This document shows, in pieces, positions 46,373 to 56,897 of a stretch of 64,000 nucleotides of DNA. How positions within the stretch are numbered: the stretch's first letter is position 1; the number at the start of each line of letters is the position of its first letter. The notes below the pieces were generated by a model. The model saw nothing but the letters and a program-made list of their open reading frames with translations, ran no database searches and had not been told where the DNA came from. Location: assembly GCA_002811645.1 (NCBI GenBank), contig PDIP01000035.1:186001-250000 (forward strand), read 5' to 3'. A program made the translations under genes and the position numbers. This stretch comes from Corallochytrium limacisporum Hawaii. Lineage: Eukaryota > Protista > Pluriformea.

Positions 46373-47813
46373 TATTGATATGCCGCATCGTAACGTTCTC
46401 AAGCCGACGAAGCTTTGGGCGTCGGTGCACTTCGCCGAAAAACCTCCATATGTCTGCCATATCCACTGGACTGATGTTGGACCGAGCAGGGCGCACCCAA
46501 TCCGTAGATTCTCCGAGAGAACATTCTAAAATGGGTTGCTCTTTGACCTCATCGTTTTTCCTTCCCTGACCATACAATATCAATAAAATATAATCAATAT
46601 ATTTTTGTCCTCCCAATTCCAATAAATGATTATTTAGGGCATGGTTATATGCTTTTGAAATTGGGAGTCTATTTATTGCCATGGGGTGGCTGATGACTTG
46701 CGGCCTTCCTTTTTAGTGCAAGGCGTGCATGTGTGCTCGCGGCCACTCTTTTGCCGCTGCTGCAGTCGATGGTGTGTCAGAGAGCACTTTGGGAACACAC
46801 CCACCCGTGCTCTTCTCCGTCTTGCCATTGCCCCTCCAGCTGCTGCTGTGGAGCTGAACGCAAGCAGTGCGGCCCGATTACTCAGAAAAAAAAACACACC
46901 GCTAAGGGAACAGAAATCACGCTACTGCGCCATGCCCGGGATGCGTTCCCATTATGCGGGAAGTGTTCCTGTGGTTGGCTGGCTGCTTCCATGGCTGTGT
47001 GCTTCACCGAGGTTTTGGTTGGTTTCATGGTGGCATCATGAGACAGCGAGCAGCAGGGAAGCAAACAGAGCCGTGGTTTTCTGATCTATGTCAGTGAATG
47101 CACCAAATTACCCAGCCACCGAGATCGCCTAAAACGAATGGAAGAAAACACTCATGATCGTTAGCTCCGATGGCCAGAGGGAAATACAAAGTGCATAGTT
47201 TCAATTCGAAGATTGAATTGTGGCGGTGCCCGGCGGGCTGCGACTGAGCGACCGGAGGCTGCTGATCTGGTTGCAACTAGAGGAAAAGCAGTGAAATGAT
47301 TGGTGAAGAGTAACAATCGGTAGCAAGGCGATCCATATATTCACTACCCAAATCCGGGGATTTTGACATGTCCCCATCAGTGGTGGGTTCAAACTTCCAC
47401 TTGTCCACGCAGAGCACGCCTTCATTTTTGTCTGCGCTGCGGCTTTCTTCCTCACTGTCTTTCCAATTCCCGGCGTATTAAGTATTGCAAATTGGATTCC
47501 CAAAGTTTGGTGCAGAGGGAAATTGGGGAGGTATGCACAAACTTCCGTTGGTAAGAAAGGTCAAAGTGCTAGTTTGTCGATGGCACCTTGTAACTTTTCT
47601 AGTTTGCGTGCTCGACAGTGAGCTATCATTAGCACATATCGTTTTTCTTTGACCATGTTCAGATGATGCTCACGACTGCTAAGATCATGCTGACACACGG
47701 ATCACCTCCGGTGCCTGGTTTGTAGATGAATATGCTTCTGCCGGTGATGGTAGACGTATTCGAAAAAACTTGGTGGGGTCCGTGTTTCGAGTATCCCACC
47801 CGAGTACGACATC

Positions 47814-48155
47814 ATGCACACACACTGCACACAGGCAGCACAGACCGCCATATCTACTGCACACGAACAGACATACGACGATTTAGAGCTCGTGGCGCGC
47901 CGTCCGCCCACTGACGGCGTGCATGAGTATGCATACATGATGAACGATTGCGTGGACACCCACTGCAGCGAGAGCGCAGACGTAATTGTCTACTGGAAAA
48001 GTATACAGCAAGGTGTTCGAGACCGTTACGTCCTCGTCCCTTCCTTTCCTGAGGGTGTCCTACTGTTTCCGAGACCGGCTCTCAGTGGCACTACCGATAG
48101 CGCAATGTGCGTCCGCGCCGTAGTAAACCATTCTCACACGCAGTTAGAGCTATAA
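47814..48155 (+). mobile_element. Possible decayed hAT transposase C-terminal dimerisation-domain fragment
   Basis: HEYAYMM...DVIVYWKSIQQGVRDRYVLVPSFPEGVLLFP resembles E..Y....D.L.WWK.....YP.L...A..VL.IP; the SERxFS motif is missing and no TIRs were seen. Confidence 0.25.
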
Positions 48156-49527
48156 CCCAACTTGGTTCGACGCGAGACGAAGGCGAAATACTCTCATACT
48201 TTAATGCTGAAAGTACGGGAAATTTTCACTTCTCATTTCTTGCTCCGTGAACGGGGTTGGGCCCCTGAGAAGGTGAGGGCGGGGGAGAGGGGGGGGGGGA
48301 TATATTTCACAGCAGCCTCGATCGCAAGACCTACAGACCGGTACGTTTATCATATGCGGTCAGCTGTTTTTCCTTTCCTTCTGGAAGCTCGCCTCCGCCT
48401 CCTCAAACTTTGCGGTGTGGCCCCCCTTCCCCTTTCGCCCTCGTTTTCCGAGGGTGGGCATCGCAGGTGTTGACCAAACGAGTTTGTGCTGTGTGACCTC
48501 TTAGTGCGATTGGCGCAATCTCCCAGCTGAAAGTCATCCGCTATTTGCCGAAAAAGTACTTCCCCTGCTAGGCGCGCGAAAATATGAAGGCTATTGTGAG
48601 AGTATGGGAAAGCTCGGAGGGAACTCCGGGAATGGACCCTCCTTGACGTGTATTGTGTTGCCTATTCGTTCATGCCCTACGGAAGCACACACTGCAGCGA
48701 GCACTGATGTGGGCTCTGTTCTGAACTTGAAGTCATCTTTGAAGTTTCAGTGGAAATGTGCAGGTCAGGACCTTAGCAGTTGAGTACCGAGACAAACACT
48801 ACTTTGAGCGCGGTGGTTGGCTTGATTTTACATTATTTAGTGACTTCAAGTGACACCAGGGGGGATGGGAGCATCAGAGGATTTCGAAAACAAGTAGAAG
48901 CACGAGCCAGTGCTGCAGCAACTCTAGAGCGATTTGCGCGCTTCCTTCCGTTGGCTCCAGATTTTCCGAGTCTTTCAATATGCAACCTTTGTTGCGATAG
49001 GTCGCTGGCGGAAGGGGCAGGATGTATGTGGGGTATTGCAGCAAGCACGGCCGAAATCCAAGTGGGGACACCCCTCAATGTGGTCCTGTGTGTGCCATTT
49101 GATGAAGGCTTAGTGGTGTCGACGACACAATCGCAGGAACATGCACGTTCTGAACATATGTTTGACAAAGTTACCTTCTTCTGGTCTCTTGCTTGATTTC
49201 TTGCTTCAAAGTTCCACCTCAAAACGTAGCCTTAGGACATTCCTTTTGTCAGAAAAACATTATTTGGAAGTCAGAGGAACGAAAATTACCAAGGTACAAA
49301 AGTCCAGACGTGGAACAAATATACTCTTTCGGATCCTTGATCAGATATTCGTGCAAACCGTGTTTTCATATATTTTTGCAAACGTGTGTACACTCCTTGC
49401 TTTGAGTGACTGAGTAAGAATGCAGTTAACGGGATAGAGTTAAACCGCGAAAGCGTGCAACGAATAAGCTGCATTAAGAGCTAGCTTAGGCATACATAAG
49501 ATTCTTGTATAGATACACACAATAACC

Positions 49528-52500
49528 ATGGACGCCATTTTGGATTTCATTAACAATCCGAACATTCAGCTTCTGGATCAGGTGGTCCAGACAATGTACT
49601 TTGGCTCCGAACCGGACCGCCGGAAAGCACAAAATCTATTAACCCAGCTGAAGGAGGATCCGAACAGCTGGACTCGGGCGGACTACATTTTGGAGAATAC
49701 ACAGAGCCAGCAGACGAAATACTTTGCCCTGCAGATTCTTGACCAAGTCATTGCAACACGCTGGAAAATACTGCCAAGGGAACAATGTGAAGGTATCAAA
49801 AGCTATGTTGTTAGTTCTGTAATCAAGCTTACTACTGACTTTGACACCATGCAAAAGGAAAAGATTCTGGTGAACAAGTTAAACCTAACCCTCATTGAGA
49901 TTGTCAAGCAGGACTGGCCGGACCAATGGGAGTCTTTCATTCCAGACTTGTGTGGATCATCGAAAGCGAGTGAGTCCCTGTGCTACAACAATATGGTGAT
50001 TCTCAAGCTGCTTACGGAAGAAGTGTTCGATTTCAGTCGCGAGCAAATGGTAGAGGCCAAGGTGCGCTACTTGAGGGACCGTATGAACAAGGAATTTGCA
50101 TCCATTTATGAGCTCATTGAGCTGGTTCTGACCACAAGTGGTAATGCCAAACTGATTGACATCACCCTAGAAACCCTGCACAAGTATTTGGATTGGGTAC
50201 CATTCGGTTATATCTTCGAGACCGGGTTGACGCGTCGACTGGCTGATATTCTCGAGAACCCAACTTTTCGCGACAACGTACTTCGCTGTTTGACAGAAAT
50301 TGGTGGCCTTGAACTCAGCGCGGATCAAAAACCGTACGAAGAGGAGATTTGCTACATGTACAAGCAGAGCATGGTCAAGCTCAAGAGTATGCTACCTTTG
50401 AACATCAACCTGGCCCCGCTCTACAATAGCGGAACCCAAAAGGAACAGGAGTTCATTCAGAGTTTGGCAATCTATCTGACCACCATTCTGAAGACTCACT
50501 ATAAGACCCTCGAGAAAGCTGGCGAGGAGATGCTTGCAGAAGTCCTGGACGGACATAAGTATCTCATTTTGATTTCGCAAATTGAGGACGACGAAATCTT
50601 CAAGATTGTACTGGAATACTGGGAGTTCCTGACCCAGGCGCTGTACAACGAAAATCCATTCGTCCCTTACACACAAGGTGGTCTGCAGCTCATGGCAAGT
50701 CGACGGGTCGACCGGTATCACAATATCCTGAGCAAGGCACGCGTGGTCATGATTAGCCGCATGGCTAAACCCGAGGAAGTTCTGATCGTTGAAAATGACA
50801 ATGGTGAGATTGTGAGAGAGTTTATGAAGGACACTGACAGCATCACTATGTACAAGAATATGCGTCACGTTCTCGTTTACCTAACTCATTTGGACTACGC
50901 TGACACTGAGAGCATTATGACCGAAAAGCTGCAGAAGCAGGTCGATGGTTCAGAATGGAGCTGGAAGAACCTGAACACATTGTGCTGGGCGATCGGATCT
51001 ATTTCCGGATGTATGTCAGAGGACGACGAAAAGCGTTTCCTCGTGACTGTGATAAAGGAACTGCTCGGAATGTGCGAGAACAAGCGCGGAAAGGACAACA
51101 AGGCCGTCATTGCGTCCAATATCATGTACATAGTCGGTCAGTATCCTCGTTTTTTGAGGGCCCACTGGAAGTTTCTGAAGACAGTTGTTAAGAAACTTTT
51201 TGAGTTTATGCATGAGACGCACGAAGGTGTGCAGGATATGGCCTGCGACACCTTCATTAAGATTGCCCAGAAGTGCAAGATTCAATTTGTGCGTCAGCAG
51301 CCGGGTGAGCAGCAGCCGTTCATTGTAGAGATTCTGTCCGAGATTAGTGCCATTATCAACGACCTTCAGCCCCACCAAATCCATACCTTCTATGAGGCTG
51401 TTGGGCACATGATTGCGGCTCAGAATGATCCTACCCAGCGCGAGGACCTAATCAGAAAGTACATGGAACTGCCCAATCGTGGATGGCGTGACATAATGGA
51501 CCGCGCCAGGCAGAACCCTGCAGTCCTGCAGGATCAGGAGACCGTTCGAAACCTGTACCTCATCTTGAAGACGAACATTCGTGCGGCCTATGCTGTAGGA
51601 CACCCTTACATTGTGCAACTCTCTGATATTTACTCTGATATGCTGTTCATTTACAGCACAGTGGGACAGGTGATCAAGCAGGCCATCTTGTCAAATGGTC
51701 CCAACGTAGCATATACGGCGGAAATGAAGAGTCTGCGGAGTGTGCGCAAGGAAGTCTTGCGCCTTGTTGACACCTGGGTGAGCAAGTGCAACAACAGCGA
51801 GCGCCAGATGGTGGTCGAGCAGATCATGCCACAATTCCTGGAGACTGTGCTGGCGGACTACAAAGAGTCGCCTCTGATTGCTCGCGAGCCTGAAGTGCTG
51901 AGCTGCCTATCCAGCATTATTAACAAGTTGGAGAAATTCATCTCCCCACATGCAGTGGCCATCTACGACAATGTATTCGAGGTGACTCTGAACATGATCA
52001 ACCGGGAATTTGCCGAATTCCCGGAACATCGGTCAGAGTTTTATGTCCTTCTTAGCGCCATGATCAAGCATTGCTTCGAAGCGACTCTGGAGGGCATGAA
52101 CCCAGAGAAGATGGATTTACTCATCAACGCAATTATTTGGGCCATCAAGCACACCATGCGCAATGTTGCCGACACTGGCATGCAGATCCTTATGGACCTG
52201 CTCGATCGCTTTAGCAAGTCCGACGTTGCCCAACCCTTCTACCAGACGTACTACATCAAATTGCTTGAGCACATCCTCGCTGTGCTCACTGACTCGAGCT
52301 ACAAGTCGGGTTTCCGCATGCACGCCGAAGGTCTGCAGTTTATGATTCAGATTTGTGACCGCGGAGAGATCACGGTTCCCTTATACGACCAGGCCACGAC
52401 GAACGGTACTTATAAGAACAACCAGGAGTATGTGAAGACTTACATTAGCCAGATTCTGGCACAGCACTTCCCGAATCTGACCCAGAAGCAAATTGAGACC

Positions 52501-52728
52501 GTGGTCACTGGCATGTTCACGTACTGTGATGACCAGCTCAAGTTCAAGAACCACCTGCGTGACTTCCTCATCCAAATTAAGGAATACGCCGGCTCCGGTG
52601 AGGGCGACTTGTTTACCGAAGAGAAGGAGAAGGAACTCCAAAAGGAACAGGATCGTAAACGACAATACCAGCTTTCCGTGCCCGGTCTATTGAATCCACA
52701 CGAGCGTGAGGAGATGATGGATGGCTGA
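49528..52728 (+). CDS. XPO1: Exportin-1 / CRM1
   Basis: MDAILDF, RWKILPREQCEGIK, MAKPEEVLIVENDNGEIVRE, FLRAHWKFLKTVV, HEGVQDMACDTFIKI; 1066 aa single ORF. Confidence 0.99.
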   Translation: MDAILDFINNPNIQLLDQVVQTMYFGSEPDRRKAQNLLTQLKEDPNSWTRADYILENTQSQQTKYFALQILDQVIATRWKILPREQCEGIKSYVVSSVIKLTTDFDTMQKEKILVNKLNLTLIEIVKQDWPDQWESFIPDLCGSSKASESLCYNNMVILKLLTEEVFDFSREQMVEAKVRYLRDRMNKEFASIYELIELVLTTSGNAKLIDITLETLHKYLDWVPFGYIFETGLTRRLADILENPTFRDNVLRCLTEIGGLELSADQKPYEEEICYMYKQSMVKLKSMLPLNINLAPLYNSGTQKEQEFIQSLAIYLTTILKTHYKTLEKAGEEMLAEVLDGHKYLILISQIEDDEIFKIVLEYWEFLTQALYNENPFVPYTQGGLQLMASRRVDRYHNILSKARVVMISRMAKPEEVLIVENDNGEIVREFMKDTDSITMYKNMRHVLVYLTHLDYADTESIMTEKLQKQVDGSEWSWKNLNTLCWAIGSISGCMSEDDEKRFLVTVIKELLGMCENKRGKDNKAVIASNIMYIVGQYPRFLRAHWKFLKTVVKKLFEFMHETHEGVQDMACDTFIKIAQKCKIQFVRQQPGEQQPFIVEILSEISAIINDLQPHQIHTFYEAVGHMIAAQNDPTQREDLIRKYMELPNRGWRDIMDRARQNPAVLQDQETVRNLYLILKTNIRAAYAVGHPYIVQLSDIYSDMLFIYSTVGQVIKQAILSNGPNVAYTAEMKSLRSVRKEVLRLVDTWVSKCNNSERQMVVEQIMPQFLETVLADYKESPLIAREPEVLSCLSSIINKLEKFISPHAVAIYDNVFEVTLNMINREFAEFPEHRSEFYVLLSAMIKHCFEATLEGMNPEKMDLLINAIIWAIKHTMRNVADTGMQILMDLLDRFSKSDVAQPFYQTYYIKLLEHILAVLTDSSYKSGFRMHAEGLQFMIQICDRGEITVPLYDQATTNGTYKNNQEYVKTYISQILAQHFPNLTQKQIETVVTGMFTYCDDQLKFKNHLRDFLIQIKEYAGSGEGDLFTEEKEKELQKEQDRKRQYQLSVPGLLNPHEREEMMDG

Positions 52729-53068
52729 AGAGTGCGAAGACAAAGTCAAATAACACGAGTTTTCACTGTAGAGACGAAGTACAAAGCCCTTTCCGTTGAG
52801 ACGTCAACGTTACAATGTGGTTTGTATGCGAGCATGACATAAAGGGAGTTCTTATAATATTTCTTTACCAGTCTAATTCTTTGTGATGTGTTTGTTGTTC
52901 TTCAGACTGTCTATGACGCCTAGGAATGGCTACATTGCTGGGCATCCCATTTTTTTTTGTGTAAATTTTGGGGCTTCCTTCTTCCGGACCTAATTGTGTT
53001 GACATGGAAGTATGAGAAGGGAGAGCACTAATGTGACGATTTTGAATAAAGTCTGACAGTACACACTT

Positions 53069-53842
53069 CTACCATAGTCGACGCCGTTTGGAAACGTCGT
53101 TGTCTCCACTGTAGACACCATCGAACAGCAAAGCCTCCAGGCCGTCGTTTTCGTTTTCGACGGCATCAGCCAAGCTCACTGACGACATGGGCTCCACGGA
53201 CATCTCAACTGCAGTGAGGTCGTCCGTTTCCAATGCATCATTGTCGCCGACGGTCTCTGCCGGCGACAGTTCCTCATCGTCGTCGTTAGTGGACTGTTTG
53301 GCTTCGGTGCTGATGACAGCGTGATCTGTTGGAGTGATAGTAGTCTTCTTATTCTTCGCGGGGCGCGCTGACTTGGCGGCGTTCGCAATGCCTTGGCGAG
53401 TCACCATGGCTGTGGCAGCGACACTGCCAGTGGTGCCCGCAGTGTCACTGTGTTCGACTGCAAAATCAATAGAGGTTTCCACGGGCATTTCGTGGAATGT
53501 GGCCAGGGTACCCAGGAAAGAACACGAGTCAAGACTTCCGCTCTCGATATCTGTGCTCTTTGCGTTTCGCAAGTGCTGCAGTCGATTGGGTGTCAGAGAC
53601 TCACTCTCGACCAACATGGCAGGTGAGGACTCAAACCCAAGACGATAGTCACGTTCCCGTGCGTTGCATACACTTTGAAATATGGCAGCTTTTCGGAAAG
53701 ATTCCTTTACTGTCGCTCTGGCCTGGTACATGGTAAGTCCCTGCGCCTCAATCTTGCTAATTGTGACATCTAGTAGGTACTGATTGAAGTACATCATCCG
53801 CTCCACGTCGGAGGAGAGGACATCATTGTCTTCTGTACCCAT
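53069..53842 (-). CDS. Hypothetical protein; short helical N-terminal domain, acidic disordered tail, terminal KRRR
   Basis: 257-aa ORF with gcatcATG start, convergent with XPO1; composition looks like a real protein. Confidence 0.7.
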   Translation of the reverse strand: MGTEDNDVLSSDVERMMYFNQYLLDVTISKIEAQGLTMYQARATVKESFRKAAIFQSVCNARERDYRLGFESSPAMLVESESLTPNRLQHLRNAKSTDIESGSLDSCSFLGTLATFHEMPVETSIDFAVEHSDTAGTTGSVAATAMVTRQGIANAAKSARPAKNKKTTITPTDHAVISTEAKQSTNDDDEELSPAETVGDNDALETDDLTAVEMSVEPMSSVSLADAVENENDGLEALLFDGVYSGDNDVSKRRRLW

Positions 53843-55496
53843 GATGCTTTTGTGTATGTGTTATGGCCCAGTGTCTGTAATGTGCGATGAGTGGTCACAA
53901 CTCTCCTCGATGGACCTTGTACTACGGGTCTCTTCTTTATGGCAACCCCGAACAATGAAAGTTGGTGGTTTATTGTTTTTTTTTGCTTGCTACTGACTAA
54001 TGAACATATCCAATATCTATCCTCAATAGTAAACCCCTAGCTTCTACGTTCCTAAATAAAAATATCTATGTGTTGTCGCGACTTCAAGAGTCGTTACGCT
54101 TAAGGATGCTTGCCCCAAAGCGGATTTATACAATAGTGCACTCCTCCAAACACCTGACTTGTAGTCGGCAACAAAATGATGTTGTTGTTTTGTGATGACC
54201 ACCATCATATTCCAGATGCACTCGAAAACACTGAAGCGGCTTGGACTTTCCGACGGTTGGTAACAAAGGAACCAGATAAGAAACGGAGGAAGAGAACGCT
54301 GGAAGCGCCTAAATCCGCCTTTCTCTATTTGCAATTCACCGCTCTCCAATCATCTCCTCTGCGCTCAGGCAACCCGTTACTTTCCGACGTAGCCCCATCC
54401 TTGTCATTCATTCACTATAGCGTGACACTCCCCCAACCCGTTCCCATGTCCGAAATGAAACGAATATGAAAGAATCAAACACTGGCAAGAGCCATTTGGC
54501 AATTTATTGCCTTTTCAGATATCGGAAGAAAAATAAATATTGGAGGGGGAGGGGGACAAGTGGTCGTAGCAGAGCACTCTCCCCCCTCCCCTCCCTCCCT
54601 CCGTCCCTCATTCCGCTTGCCGTCTCGTATTGGTCGCTGAAGGGGAAGGGGGGGGGGGTTGGGGTTTTACCAACCCCGAGAACAAACTCGTGGTCTCTGC
54701 TTTTTTTTTCTTTTTGTATTTTTTTTTGGGACGTTTCACGCAAAACTTCAAGAAGAATCTGATCGGTCGGGGCTCGAAAGAAACACCACAGCGGAGATGG
54801 GAGAGGAGGTAGAGGAAAACGGTAAGGGGAGGGGCGGAACCAGAGAGAAAGAGAACAGTGACACGAAAGAAAAAAAAATTCTCCTCCTGAACTCTCCCCA
54901 CCGGCCCCTTCTTCTTCTGCTACCGCTCGGCTCACTCCGCTTCTGACGAATTGAACAAAGGAGAGTCAGAGACAAACTCAGTCAGTACTGAGATAAAAAT
55001 ACATTCTCTCCCACCACCCCCTTTACTGTCGTTATGCACAGCCATTCGACCCTCTGTGCTGTTCGTGGTGTTGGAGCGGTGCTGTGGTTGGTTGGCTGAC
55101 ACATTGTCTTTGGGCACACATCACGCCTTTTGTCTCCGGTGTCGACCTGTCTCGCCCACTACCGCCCGGAAAAGTTAACCTTGGCTCTATTCCTCAGTAG
55201 TGCCTGCCACCAATCCGTGGCGCTCGACTGCATACGCTATGTATTGCAAAATATAGCAGTGTTGGCGCACCAGTACACCCAATCATGGATCGGACCTATG
55301 CAATCATCGGAGCTCTGGGAATCGAAAGGGGGAAAGGACGAGTGGCAGGACAAGGCCAGGAAATCAAAAAAAAAAGTATTCGAAGGCTACTGCGTGCCTG
55401 TTTTTTACTGGGTCCTGCTACTTCGTGAGCACCGAAGATCGCATTAAAACTGAAGTTCATTTATTGCACTAGCCTGTCGAAGCTCGCGTAGGGGTA

Positions 55497-55572
55497 TACA
55501 CACACACACACACACACACTGCCTATGTGGAATTGTGGGGGTACGACTCTCTCTCTACACACACACACACAC
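55497..55572 (+). repeat. Two (CA)n microsatellites with a (CT)n stretch
   Basis: Seen directly in the sequence. Confidence 0.9.
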
Positions 55573-56590
55573 AGTCTCTACCCTCTCATGCAGGCCAAGG
55601 CCTGATCGCTTGGGATGGCTGACCTGCGGTTGGTACCATTACTAAATGGTATTATTACTGGTATGTGACGCAAATGTGACAAGGGAACCATTTTTAGCCC
55701 GGAGAGGCACCAAAGCAGAAAAGAACAAGATAGAATGATCATCCGTGGTGGACTCAACCAAGTATGGTACCTGAACAGTGAGGAAACCGTATCATTTTTT
55801 ATATTTCTGGGGCCGCGCGTCCACGTAAGACTGCAGAGAAAGGGGAAAGACCATTCACACCCAGTGTGGGTTTCCTCCATCGCCCTCCCCCACCACAAAA
55901 AAAAATGGGGCCTACCCCAATGGCGCAATAACTTCATGGCTGGGGTATTTACGTTGAAGGAACGGAACGACGGGAAGACCATGTGTTGTGTGTGGTGGTG
56001 GGGCGGTTGTCTCTTTGGTCCCCAAGTCCCACTCTTTTCGTCGTCTTTTCTTCCCGACAGATTTTCTCTCTGAGGCCGGGTGGGGTTTCGGTATCACAAC
56101 CAACACAGAACCTTCTCCAGCAATGGGAGTGCCACTCGTCGTTTCTGGACAGCCGCTGCCAATTTTTCTGCGGAACGTTTTAGGTTTTGTTTGCTCTTCC
56201 CCTCTTTCTTTCGTCGCTTGCGGTAGAATCCTTTGAGTTTCTGGCCGGCTGATTTACGTATATCTTCTATGGAACTGGCAGCACTGTGAGCAAGGGAAGA
56301 CGAACAGCCCCCATCGCATCATCAACAGATGACACTACGAAGTCTTTGCTCACAGAGAGCTCACCACCGTCTTAGACTCTCCAGGCGGTGATCGTATCTC
56401 TCCGTACATCAGTACTCTCACTATGCAACAGTATCATTGACCAAATTTGAAGCCCTTGGCTCCTGCGCAGGTAGTACCTGCCACGAACTCCGAAGATACG
56501 GTGATGACCCGTGACAGATGTACGGCTTAGTTGGGTCGAAAGGCCCCTGATACCTGTAGGTGAATTATTACGAAGCATGTGGGTGTTTGT

Positions 56591-56625
56591 CCCCCCCCCC
56601 CCGGAGGGGGGCGGCGGTAGGGGGG
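56591..56625. promoter_or_regulatory. C-run/G-run tract about 300 nt upstream of CEP112
   Basis: ccccccccccccggagggggcggcggtagggggg. Confidence 0.45.
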
Positions 56626-56897
56626 TGAGTCTCGTCGGAACTGACGCGTCCCTGTTGGGACTTCAAGGCGCTGGGAGTGGTTTCATGTACCTGTTCGGAC
56701 AGGTAGTCAGGAGTCATTAATTCCATGTTTGATGGGGCCCTGTAGCAAATTGTCCGAGCGGATTCGTGTCATAAGGAGATTGTGCAAGAAGAGACGATGG
56801 CATTTGACATGGTTTGCCGAGCACCGGCTTAGGTAGGGCATGTAGAATGTAGCAGGATCAAAAGCCACATAGATACCGCATACGCAAGTTCAACACG

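Noticed and set aside
48160-48175. tRNA T-loop-like GGTTCGA (also near 61864)
   Set aside because: No cloverleaf or acceptor stem around either site; no tRNA or rRNA gene is supported in the window.
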